Below, in pieces: positions 41,053 to 48,306 of a DNA stretch of 64,000 bases (positions are counted from its first letter, which is position 1; the number at the start of each line of letters is the position of its first letter). Under the pieces are notes generated by a model. The model saw only the letters and a program-made list of their open reading frames with translations, ran no database searches and was not told the DNA's origin. The stretch covers positions 4,573 through 68,572 of the forward strand of contig JAZDGF010000001.1 of NCBI GenBank assembly GCA_043807135.1, written 5' to 3'. The DNA comes from Candidatus Levyibacteriota bacterium. GTDB taxonomy: Bacteria; Patescibacteriota; Microgenomatia; Levybacterales; UBA12049. The translations under genes and the position numbers were made by a program.

Positions 41053-42444
41053 TTAATTCATTTCCATGCGGAGCTTGCGGACTTCTTCTTTAAACTGTTC
41101 CCCCCGTTCCTTATAATTCTTAAACGTTCCAAAACTGGCACAAGCTGGGGAAAGCAAAACAACATCTTCTGTTTCTGCAATTTTACTTGCTGCTCTAATT
41201 ATTTGCCCCATTGTTTCTGCTCCTTCTACTAAGAATGTTTTAGGCTTTAAAGCTAATATCTGATCTTTAATTCTTTTCCACTCTTCTCCAATTCCGATAA
41301 TTGCTTTAATATTCTCTTTCTCTGAAATAATTTTAGCTAATTCAGAAAAATCACTATTCTTACTTGATCCTCCCAAAATTAGAATTTCAGGAACATCAAA
41401 AGCTTCAATTGCGGCAATTGCTGTTTCTGGAGTTGTAGAAAATGAATCATCATAGTACCTTACTCCTTTTATTGTATCTACTAGCTCCAGTCTATGCTCA
41501 AGCCCTTTAAAGCTTTTTAAAATGCTAATTATATTTTTATTTGAAACTCCTAAAATCATTGCAACAATACTCGCTGAGCAAATATTCTCCAAATTATGCT
41601 TTCCAGGTAAACAAATATCTTTTATATTTATTAATTTTTCTTCCTTATTATCTTTTTTAAACCAAATAGCCTCATCTTTAACAAAAGCTCCATCATTTAA
41701 GAGCTCTTGGTCTAGACTTACCTGAAACACTTTTCCCTTTGTAAAAACGTCTGATTCATTACTCACGGGGTAATCTCTATTTACAATTGCAACGTCTTTA
41801 GAATCTTGAAAACGAAGGATGTTTCTTTTTGCATTAACATATTCCTCAATGTTTTTATGATAGTTTAAGTGATCACTTGTTACCATCAAAAATGCAGCAA
41901 TATGTGGACTCTTTTTAAGGTCTAAAAGCTGAAAACTCGACAGTTCATAAACTACTATTGAGTGTTTACTTAATTTATCCAATACTTCGAATGCAGGGCT
42001 TCCAATATTTCCAACTAAATACGCATCTAATCCCTGTTTTATCAGCATTTCATAAATTAATGCTGATGTTGTTCCTTTTCCCTTTGTTCCGGTAATACCA
42101 ATGATTTTTGCAGGAGATAGATCAAAAAAAAGCTTTGTTTGTGAAGTGATTTTTATTCCTTTATCTTTTGCTTTTTTTAGTTTTTCTTCAGAAAGCATTA
42201 TCCCAGGACTTCTTACAATTAAGTCAAAATCTAAAAGCTTGTCTAGATAATCCTCTCCCCCATGGAATTTAACTTTTAACTTTTTTAAAGCTTTTAAAAT
42301 ATTTAGGTCAATTTCTTTTTTTTCTTTTCTATCAAAAACCGAAACTAAAGCGCCTTTCTTTGAAAAAAAATTAACACTAGATAATCCTTCCAGACCAATA
42401 CCAAGCACAGCTATTTTTTTATTTTTAAGATTTCTATTAATCAT
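41053..42444 (-). CDS. murD: UDP-N-acetylmuramoylalanine--D-glutamate ligase
   Basis: Mur ligase P-loop GITGTKGKGTTSAL and domain order. Confidence 0.85.
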   Translation of the reverse strand: MINRNLKNKKIAVLGIGLEGLSSVNFFSKKGALVSVFDRKEKKEIDLNILKALKKLKVKFHGGEDYLDKLLDFDLIVRSPGIMLSEEKLKKAKDKGIKITSQTKLFFDLSPAKIIGITGTKGKGTTSALIYEMLIKQGLDAYLVGNIGSPAFEVLDKLSKHSIVVYELSSFQLLDLKKSPHIAAFLMVTSDHLNYHKNIEEYVNAKRNILRFQDSKDVAIVNRDYPVSNESDVFTKGKVFQVSLDQELLNDGAFVKDEAIWFKKDNKEEKLINIKDICLPGKHNLENICSASIVAMILGVSNKNIISILKSFKGLEHRLELVDTIKGVRYYDDSFSTTPETAIAAIEAFDVPEILILGGSSKNSDFSELAKIISEKENIKAIIGIGEEWKRIKDQILALKPKTFLVEGAETMGQIIRAASKIAETEDVVLLSPACASFGTFKNYKERGEQFKEEVRKLRMEMN

Positions 42445-42493
42445 AAAGGGATTATATCAAACTTGAAGCTAAATAGGTTTTTGGAGTTATTTG

Positions 42494-42568
42494 TACCAGG
42501 GGGGAGGATCGAACTCCCGAACCTCGGGGGTATGAATCCCGCGCTCTAACCAACTGAGCTACCCTGGC
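42494..42568 (-). tRNA. tRNA with CAU anticodon (Met-type; Met versus Ile2 versus initiator cannot be resolved by eye)
   Basis: Reverse complement GCCAGGGTAGCTCAGTTGGTTAGAGCGCGGGATTCATACCCCCGAGGTCGGGAGTTCGATCCTCCCCCCTGGTA forms a cloverleaf with loop TTCATAC. The first acceptor pair is G1-U72; no CCA is encoded. Confidence 0.8.
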
Positions 42569-43242
42569 ATATTTATCTTCAAACCCTCAATAAGTCCAAT
42601 AATTTTATGATAAAGGAGACCTGGCTTTCTAACTCTGATCCTAATTGTACCATAATGATTGTTGAAATTCTCATAAACCTTTTTGTTTTCAGTTTTTTTA
42701 AAACTAGTCTTTGTAAACTGATTTTCTTTAACTCTTAACGTTTTTAACCAATATTTTTTAACTACCTGCTCTCTTTTTCTATGGCTTTCATTAATTCCTA
42801 TGCTACATATTAAGTTATTAGAATTAATTCCGAAACATATTTTGAGCCAATGTGCAAAGAATTTTACCATTTCTGGATCTGAATTACAAAAAGAAAATTC
42901 ATTACTTTTTTTACTGCCTTCTCCCCAATAAATGCCTAGGCCGCTGACAAGAAATTCTCGTTTAGTAAAATTTTTTAACGATTTAATTCCAGATTTCTTG
43001 TTTTCAGCTATTAATTTTAATCTTTTTTCTTTTTGCAGAAAAGCACTCCTTAATCTTCCTAATTCTGCACCTTTTATTGAAGACTTTCGTAATTTTTCTA
43101 GTTGCTGCACACTTAAAATAATATCCCTTACCCAAATACTTGCAGTGCCTTTAGAAATGCTCAATTTTTTTGCAATTTTATTCACACTTATACCCCTTTT
43201 GCGAAGTCTCCGAGCCTCAATTTTTAATTTAAATTTAGCCAT
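42559..43242 (-). CDS. Free-standing HTH + LAGLIDADG-like protein (paralog of 50681-51385), 3' end overlapping the tRNA 5' end
   Basis: N-terminal HTH (RLRKRGISVNKIAKKLSISKGTASIWVRD). Central LVSGLGIYWGEGSK followed by NSDPEMVKFFAHWLKICFGI, reminiscent of a single LAGLIDADG motif and the following helix. Confidence 0.55.
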   Translation of the reverse strand: MAKFKLKIEARRLRKRGISVNKIAKKLSISKGTASIWVRDIILSVQQLEKLRKSSIKGAELGRLRSAFLQKEKRLKLIAENKKSGIKSLKNFTKREFLVSGLGIYWGEGSKKSNEFSFCNSDPEMVKFFAHWLKICFGINSNNLICSIGINESHRKREQVVKKYWLKTLRVKENQFTKTSFKKTENKKVYENFNNHYGTIRIRVRKPGLLYHKIIGLIEGLKINMPG

Positions 43243-43307
43243 AAAAAGAACTAACGAATAATCTAAGTACTTCTACTATACTGTAGGTTCTTATTATTTG
43301 TCAATAA

Positions 43308-43336
43308 TTGACTCAGGCTTAGTCAAATGCTATAAT
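43308..43336 (+). promoter_or_regulatory. Consensus sigma-70 promoter (TTGACT-17-TATAAT) driving the ncRNA below
   Basis: TTGACT at 43308-43313, TATAAT at 43331-43336. Confidence 0.55.
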
Positions 43337-43342
43337 ATTATC

Positions 43343-43626
43343 CACGCGCGGGGTAGTGTACAGTGCACATGAGGCTCAATATGGGCCCCTTTGCTAGTAA
43401 TGGCAAAAGAGAATTCGGCTGTATCGGTGAAATCCTAACAATATTTAAGTATTGAAGGACAACACCGAGGGAACCTACTTGTTAAGTGGGACACCGTAGA
43501 GACTAAACGCCGAACCCCTTTCATAAGGGTGATGATATAGTCCGACACTCTAAGTAATTAGAGAAACAGATTGCATAATCTCATAGGCTAGGCGCAACTC
43601 CTAGCCCCGCAACACAGGTTTTTTAA
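43343..43626 (+). ncRNA. Promoter-driven ~285-nt RNA with a group I intron catalytic core, not embedded in a recognisable host gene
   Basis: R-like GTAGAGACTAAACG, P8-like hairpin CCCCTTTCATAAGGG, S-like GATGATATAGTCCGAC and P9-like CTCTAAGTAATTAGAG. It is near-identical in order and sequence to the 3' core of the 23S L1917 intron. A 3' hairpin GGCTAGG...CCTAGCC is followed by CCGCAACACAGGTTTTTT. Confidence 0.5.
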
Positions 43627-43641
43627 CCTCAAGAATACTTC

Positions 43642-43669
43642 TTGACTTATATTATCAAAGTATTATAAT
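43642..43669 (+). promoter_or_regulatory. Sigma-70 promoter (TTGACT-16-TATAAT) 8 nt upstream of the antitoxin ATG (near-leaderless)
   Basis: TTGACT at 43642-43647, TATAAT at 43664-43669, ATG at 43678. Confidence 0.5.
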
Positions 43670-43677
43670 TGTAATGT

Positions 43678-43968
43678 ATGAATAAGACAATCTTACAAGT
43701 CCCAATTAATCAGGATTTAAAAATTAGTGCCGAAAAAGAAGCTATCTCTCAAGGATTTTCTTCACTTCAGGAACTAGTTAGAGTATTTCTCTCCAAGATT
43801 GCAACACATAAAATAGAAGTTACACTCCAGGATTCAACTATGCTTTCAGGAAAGAATGAAAAAAGATACCTTGATATGACAAAAGATTTTGAATTAGGAA
43901 AGAATATTTATTCTTCAGATTCAGTGACTGATTTAGTCAATAAATTACATGAAAATCCAGCATCATAG
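43678..43968 (+). CDS. DinJ/RelB-like antitoxin
   Basis: RHH-like N-terminus (ILQVPINQDLKISAEKEAISQGFSSLQELVRVFLSKIA); 20-nt overlap with the downstream toxin. Confidence 0.55.
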   Translation: MNKTILQVPINQDLKISAEKEAISQGFSSLQELVRVFLSKIATHKIEVTLQDSTMLSGKNEKRYLDMTKDFELGKNIYSSDSVTDLVNKLHENPAS

Positions 43969-44212
43969 AGAGTTTCTAAAGAATTATAAGAAAAGAGTTG
44001 CTCCCTATCCTAAACTTGAAAAACAATTTAAAACACAACTAGAAAAACTCCTTAAGGATTCCAATGATCCATCATTAAGAGATCATAAACTTATCGGTAA
44101 GAGAAAAAACTTTCGTTCATTTTCAGTTACAGGAGGTATTAGGGTGATCTATACAATTGTTGATAATAATATCTGGCTATATGATATTGGTTCTCATAAT
44201 CAAGTTTATTAA
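43949..44212 (+). CDS. YafQ/RelE family mRNA interferase toxin
   Basis: ...DHKLIGKRKNFRSFSVTGGIRVIYTIVDNNIWLYDIGSHNQVY matches the RelE/YafQ C-terminal pattern. Confidence 0.7.
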   Translation: MKIQHHREFLKNYKKRVAPYPKLEKQFKTQLEKLLKDSNDPSLRDHKLIGKRKNFRSFSVTGGIRVIYTIVDNNIWLYDIGSHNQVY

Positions 44213-44277
44213 AAGAATTAGATTCTATCATCGTCTATTCCACGTAGCACAAGTAGCATGTTAAATAAATATTTTAA

Positions 44278-44367
44278 CCTAAATCCGGTATAAATACTGG
44301 CGTGATCTGGAGAAGGAAGAAGGTGTGTATTTCTTCCAGTCCCCGCAACATCGGTTTTTTAGCCTCA
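44278..44367 (+). repeat. Inter-cassette repeat copy R1 (~90 nt)
   Basis: CCTAAATCCGGTATAAATACTGGCGTGATCTGGAGAAGGAAGAAGGTGTGTATTTCTTCCAGTCCCCGCAACATCGGTTTTTTAGCCTCA. Confidence 0.8.
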
Positions 44368-44377
44368 ATTTGACATT

Positions 44378-44386
44378 TGATATAAT
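44378..44386 (+). promoter_or_regulatory. Extended -10 element (TGaTATAAT) 6 nt upstream of the EEP-gene ATG (predicted leaderless)
   Basis: TGATATAAT at 44378-44386; ATG at 44393. Confidence 0.45.
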
Positions 44387-44392
44387 CTGATT

Positions 44393-45217
44393 ATGAGAAT
44401 TGCCTCATATAACATATTAAGTGGCGGTTTTAGTTCTTATAACTATGAAGCTTCATCACCCGAAAGAATTAAATTGCTTCAAAAAGCAATCAAAATCATT
44501 AATGCCGATTTTATTGGGCTAATTGATACTTTCAGGTGGGATACTTTATACAGCAATACTCAACTAGCTCAACTCTTTGGTTACAAAAAGGCATACTGCA
44601 TTAACCTAAATGATAGTCGTTTAAGAAAAAAAGGGCATAACAACGGGATAACCGTATTGACCAACATACCAATTAAACACTTTGAAACAATTAGTTTAAA
44701 AACAAGAGACGCTATTAAAACAACTCTTCAAATAAATAATAATAAATTAGACATATTTACGGTTTATTTGGATGATCTAAGCGAAGATGTCAGGGTTAAG
44801 CAAGCACAGATATTATTACAACATGTTAATCAAAAAAAACCAACAATTATAATTGGCGATTTAAATACGCTAAGCCCAAGTGAGATAACAAAAGTAACCC
44901 CGTTAATTAATAAGCTTTTCGTTAGATATCCGCAGCTATCGGAGAGCTTAATACCCGTTTTAGAGGAAATGAAGCGTGGTGAGGTAATTAAGATGCTTGA
45001 AGAAAACAGATTTCAAGACGCAAATAGAGCATGCACCCCAACCGTACCTAGTAAATTATTTCCAATAAAAACAGAACGTGCATTTCTAAGATTGGATTAT
45101 GCTTTCCATACAAAAAATATTCAGATTTCTAATTTCAGCGTGCCGAGAGACTCTATTTTTGATCAGACATCTGATCATTATCCGATAATTTTTGAAGCTA
45201 GCGTAAATCAGGAATAA
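44393..45217 (+). CDS. Endonuclease/exonuclease/phosphatase (EEP) family protein
   Basis: ASYNIL, IIGDLN and SDHYPI motifs typical of the DNase I-like EEP fold. Confidence 0.75.
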   Translation: MRIASYNILSGGFSSYNYEASSPERIKLLQKAIKIINADFIGLIDTFRWDTLYSNTQLAQLFGYKKAYCINLNDSRLRKKGHNNGITVLTNIPIKHFETISLKTRDAIKTTLQINNNKLDIFTVYLDDLSEDVRVKQAQILLQHVNQKKPTIIIGDLNTLSPSEITKVTPLINKLFVRYPQLSESLIPVLEEMKRGEVIKMLEENRFQDANRACTPTVPSKLFPIKTERAFLRLDYAFHTKNIQISNFSVPRDSIFDQTSDHYPIIFEASVNQE

Positions 45218-45291
45218 ACACTGGCGTGGTTTGGGAGAGAAAATAGGTGCGTATTTCTTCCAATCCCCGCAACATCGGTTTTTTAGCCTCA
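45203..45291 (+). repeat. Inter-cassette repeat copy R2 (5' end overlaps the EEP gene stop; hairpin degenerate)
   Basis: GTAAATCAGGAATAAACACTGGCGTGGTTTGGGAGAGAAAATAGGTGCGTATTTCTTCCAATCCCCGCAACATCGGTTTTTTAGCCTCA. Confidence 0.75.
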
Positions 45292-45326
45292 GTTTTTCAG
45301 AACTAAGTAGGGTAATTTGCACCTTC

Positions 45327-45335
45327 TGGTATAAT
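45327..45335 (+). promoter_or_regulatory. Extended -10 element (TGGTATAAT) 6 nt upstream of the FabZ-like ATG (predicted leaderless)
   Basis: TGGTATAAT at 45327-45335; ATG at 45342. Confidence 0.45.
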
Positions 45336-45341
45336 CTCCGT

Positions 45342-45815
45342 ATGTCCCCTGAACGACGCAGTTTAAAAAGAACTGATATAGAAGGTATTCTTCCTCATAG
45401 AAGACCTTTCATGTTTTTAGAAAGTGCTGAAATTGTTGAACCGGGCGTTAAAGCAATTGGTGTTCTTGCAGATTTATCACATCCAGATTTTGCTTTCCTT
45501 AAAGGTCATTTTCCTTCATTTCCTATAGTCCCAGGGGCAATTCTCATGGAAACGCTCGCAGAGCTTTCGGGTATAGCAGTTAGCTCTAGAGCCTCAGGAC
45601 AACATAATAAAATTGGTGTTTTGAGAAGAGATGCTATGGATTATAAGCAAATGGTGAAGCCTGGCGATTTGGTGCAGTTAGAGGCAGAGGTTTTTGCATT
45701 AAAGATGGGTATTGGAAGAAGCCGAGTAAAAGCGATTAAAGATGGAAAAACCGTAGTGGAAGGAGAAATAGTTTTTGCACTAATTGACAAACCCGAAACT
45801 CAACTCTTATCCTAA
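45342..45815 (+). CDS. FabZ/FabA-like hotdog-fold dehydratase
   Basis: ILPHRRPFMFLE...GHFPSFPIVPGAILMETLAELSG matches the FabZ active-site region. The ORF-track start at 45231 lies inside repeat R2, so the Met at 45342 is preferred. Confidence 0.65.
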   Translation: MSPERRSLKRTDIEGILPHRRPFMFLESAEIVEPGVKAIGVLADLSHPDFAFLKGHFPSFPIVPGAILMETLAELSGIAVSSRASGQHNKIGVLRRDAMDYKQMVKPGDLVQLEAEVFALKMGIGRSRVKAIKDGKTVVEGEIVFALIDKPETQLLS

Positions 45816-45897
45816 ATCTGGTATAAATACAGGCGTAGTTTGGGAGAGGAAGAAAGTGCGTATTTCCTCCAACCTCCGCAACATTGCAATTTAGGTT
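45811..45897 (+). repeat. Inter-cassette repeat copy R3 (supplies the FabZ-like stop codon; terminal inverted repeat CCTAAAT...ATTTAGG)
   Basis: CCTAAATCTGGTATAAATACAGGCGTAGTTTGGGAGAGGAAGAAAGTGCGTATTTCCTCCAACCTCCGCAACATTGCAATTTAGG. Confidence 0.8.
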
Positions 45898-45947
45898 GAT
45901 ATAACAAGTTAAACTAAAACCCGAACTCCCCTGATGATACAAATCTA

Positions 45948-46226
45948 TTATGCCTTTAATTCTTGATTCATTCTCTCGCTTATGAACATTTTCATTAAAG
46001 ACTGATAAGGAATATCTTTTTTGTTTGCAATCTCTTTAATGCGAGCAAGTAAATAAGATGGCAACCTTAATGAGATTGACTCTGTTGACGGTTTTAAATT
46101 GGGGAAAATCATTTCCTCACTTTTAGACCAATCAAAATATTCAGACGAGTCCGCTTTTGCCCAAAATTTTCTTTCCTCGTCTTCATTGTTAAAATTTGGA
46201 ATTTGTTTAAGTTTTTTCATATTCAC
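45948..46226 (-). CDS. brnA: BrnA-like antitoxin
   Basis: ...FWAKADSSEYFDW...ISLRLPSYLLARIKEIANKKDIPYQSLMKMFISE matches the BrnA pattern; 20-nt overlap with brnT. Confidence 0.7.
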   Translation of the reverse strand: MNMKKLKQIPNFNNEDEERKFWAKADSSEYFDWSKSEEMIFPNLKPSTESISLRLPSYLLARIKEIANKKDIPYQSLMKMFISERMNQELKA

Positions 46227-46503
46227 CTCTTTCTTTTTTGTGCATGTCTCTTGCTGAAATTACCCTAATTCTATTATTCCTAATCGTAAAAAAAATCGTT
46301 AACTTTCTATTTGTATTTGTTTTTCCCCAAAGCATATATCTTTTTTCTATTGTTGAATGTTTTTTATCTTCAGAAAAAACAATGGGTTTATTAAAAAATA
46401 CTTCTTCCGCTTCCTGATTATAAACATCATGTTTTTTAAGATTTTTATCAATATTTCCCTTATCCCATTCAAATGCGACTACTTTAGGCAAAACCTTAAT
46501 CAC
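46207..46503 (-). CDS. brnT: BrnT-like toxin (DUF497 ribonuclease)
   Basis: FEWDKGNIDKNLKKHDV...RVISARDMHKKERGEY matches the BrnT pattern; GTG start. Confidence 0.75.
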   Translation of the reverse strand: MIKVLPKVVAFEWDKGNIDKNLKKHDVYNQEAEEVFFNKPIVFSEDKKHSTIEKRYMLWGKTNTNRKLTIFFTIRNNRIRVISARDMHKKERGEYEKT

Positions 46504-46509
46504 AATAAA

Positions 46510-46539
46510 AGTATATTACAGAAATATACATCTGTCAAG
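46510..46539 (-). promoter_or_regulatory. Sigma-70 promoter (TTGACA-17-TATACT) 7 nt upstream of the brnT GTG start (predicted leaderless)
   Basis: Reverse complement TTGACAgatgtatatttctgtaaTATACTtttattgGTG. Confidence 0.45.
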
Positions 46540-46611
46540 TACTAATGGTATTTGAGGCTAAATCCCAAGCCTCTCTTATAGGCGATGTTGGAACAACTGC
46601 TTGGATTTTAT

Positions 46612-46701
46612 TCTAAATCAGGTATAAATACAGGTGTGGTTTGGGAGAGGAAAAAGGTGCGTATTTCTTCCAATCCCCGCAACACAAGTCTTTTAGCCTC
46701 A
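46612..46701 (+). repeat. Inter-cassette repeat copy R4
   Basis: TCTAAATCAGGTATAAATACAGGTGTGGTTTGGGAGAGGAAAAAGGTGCGTATTTCTTCCAATCCCCGCAACACAAGTCTTTTAGCCTCA. Confidence 0.8.
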
Positions 46702-46812
46702 AAATAGGTTCTATAACATCATCTATCCCTCGGAACTCAGGATTTCATTTGGAGATGTCTAGTACTGGGTATTGTCTATGTAGTTTTCAAAGCACCCGTT
46801 AAGGTGACTGAC

Positions 46813-47583
46813 CTATTTTTTAGAAGTTTTTTTTACCATGCCCTCGAAGGCACGAAGTATTTCTAGAGGCGTGACAAATACGATAGTGTTATTTTTATCA
46901 GCAGATAACTCACCTAGGGTTTGAAGAGTTCTAAGATGTAAACCTCCTGCTGTTGAAACAAGCTTTTTTGCTGCCAAAGCAATATTTTCTGATGCTGATT
47001 TTTCTCCCTCAGCCCGTATAATAATTGCCCTTCTTTCCCGTTCCGCCTCTGCCTGACGGGCAATTACCCTCTTCATCTCATCCGGCAAGATAATATCTTT
47101 TAGCTCCACTGATTCCACCTTTATCCCCCAAGGGTCTGTGGCTTTATCTATAATTTTTTGAATATTTTTTGCCACATCATTTCTTTTGGATAAAAGGTCA
47201 TCAAGGGCTGTTTCTCCCACTACATTCCGCATGGTAGTTTGAGCAAGTTGGGATACGGCATAATAATAATCTTCTACTTCAATGACTGCTTTGTTTGCTA
47301 TGTTTATACGGTAGTAAATAACTGCATTGACTTTTGCTGAAACATTGTCTTTGGTAATGGCTTCCTGATCCGGTACATCAACGGCTTTAACCCGCATGTC
47401 TATCCTAATCCAGGATTCTATAACCGGCAAAATAATCCTCCACCCAGGACTCATCAACCCTACATATTTACCAAATCTAAATTTAACACCACGCTGATAT
47501 TGATTGACCTGTTTTATGGAATAAATAAGAAGCAATAATAAAGGGAATATCAATAGACCTTCCATATAAATGTAGTATACCAT
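46813..47583 (-). CDS. SPFH/band-7 (stomatin/prohibitin-like) protein
   Basis: N-terminal TM, then an SPFH core (...RIDMRVKAVDVPDQEAITKDNVSAKVNAVIYYRI...). Confidence 0.8.
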   Translation of the reverse strand: MVYYIYMEGLLIFPLLLLLIYSIKQVNQYQRGVKFRFGKYVGLMSPGWRIILPVIESWIRIDMRVKAVDVPDQEAITKDNVSAKVNAVIYYRINIANKAVIEVEDYYYAVSQLAQTTMRNVVGETALDDLLSKRNDVAKNIQKIIDKATDPWGIKVESVELKDIILPDEMKRVIARQAEAERERRAIIIRAEGEKSASENIALAAKKLVSTAGGLHLRTLQTLGELSADKNNTIVFVTPLEILRAFEGMVKKTSKK

Positions 47584-47747
47584 ACTCTACTGACCAACTT
47601 CCTCATAGTATAAATCATTAAAGCGACACCAATAATAATTAAAGGCATGCCCAGTATCAAATTCCAACCAGAAACACGAGAGACAAAAAAAATTACGAAT
47701 ACTCCATTTAATTGCCGGGGTAGTCATACTTGCGATGGGCGTTGTAA

Positions 47748-48188
47748 TTATAGCGGGTTTGATTTAATGTTTTTGCAAGTCTTGCATTTTCCAAAAAATT
47801 CAACCTTATGCTCTTCTGTTTCAAAACCATAAAGCTTATTAGCTGTTTTTGAAATTTTATCAATCTGATCATGAAGTAAATCGCTTTTTATATCTTTAAC
47901 ATTTCCGCATTTAGTACAAACAATGTGATGGTGATGAGGTAAGGAAGTGAGTTCATAACGGAATTTTCCTTCATTAAACTCTACTTTATTAATAAGCCCT
48001 TTTTTAGTCATAAGATTAATGTTTCGGAAAACAGTTACCCTATCGATTTTTATACTTGTTTGATTAAGTTTTTCAATTATTTCACTTACGCTAATTGGCT
48101 TTTTTATTTTTTTTAATATATTTAAAATAGCAGTTCTTGCCAAAGTTTTCTTTATCTCTTTTCCTTTTAATATATTTTTTGTATTCAT
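47748..48188 (-). CDS. Fur family metalloregulator (likely Zur)
   Basis: HHHHIVCTKCGNV...CKTCK metal sites and an N-terminal winged helix. It is divergent from a ZIP transporter gene. Confidence 0.85.
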   Translation of the reverse strand: MNTKNILKGKEIKKTLARTAILNILKKIKKPISVSEIIEKLNQTSIKIDRVTVFRNINLMTKKGLINKVEFNEGKFRYELTSLPHHHHIVCTKCGNVKDIKSDLLHDQIDKISKTANKLYGFETEEHKVEFFGKCKTCKNIKSNPL

Positions 48189-48306
48189 AGAGTGATATTA
48201 TAACCAAAATCTATTCTTACTACAATTTCCACTTGACATAAAGTATAATAAGACATTATACTACTAAATGCAACTCTGTTGCATCTTATTACAAGACAGT
48301 ATTTAA

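Noticed and set aside
43343-43640. Reading the ribozyme-like RNA as a group I intron inside a tRNA gene (5' CGCGGGG-TA-GTGT..., 3' ...CCCCGCA).
   Set aside because: An acceptor-like pairing and U8/A9 are present, but no consistent anticodon arm can be built (no U33, no sensible anticodon) and the T-loop is non-canonical. The tRNA-host idea is not supported.
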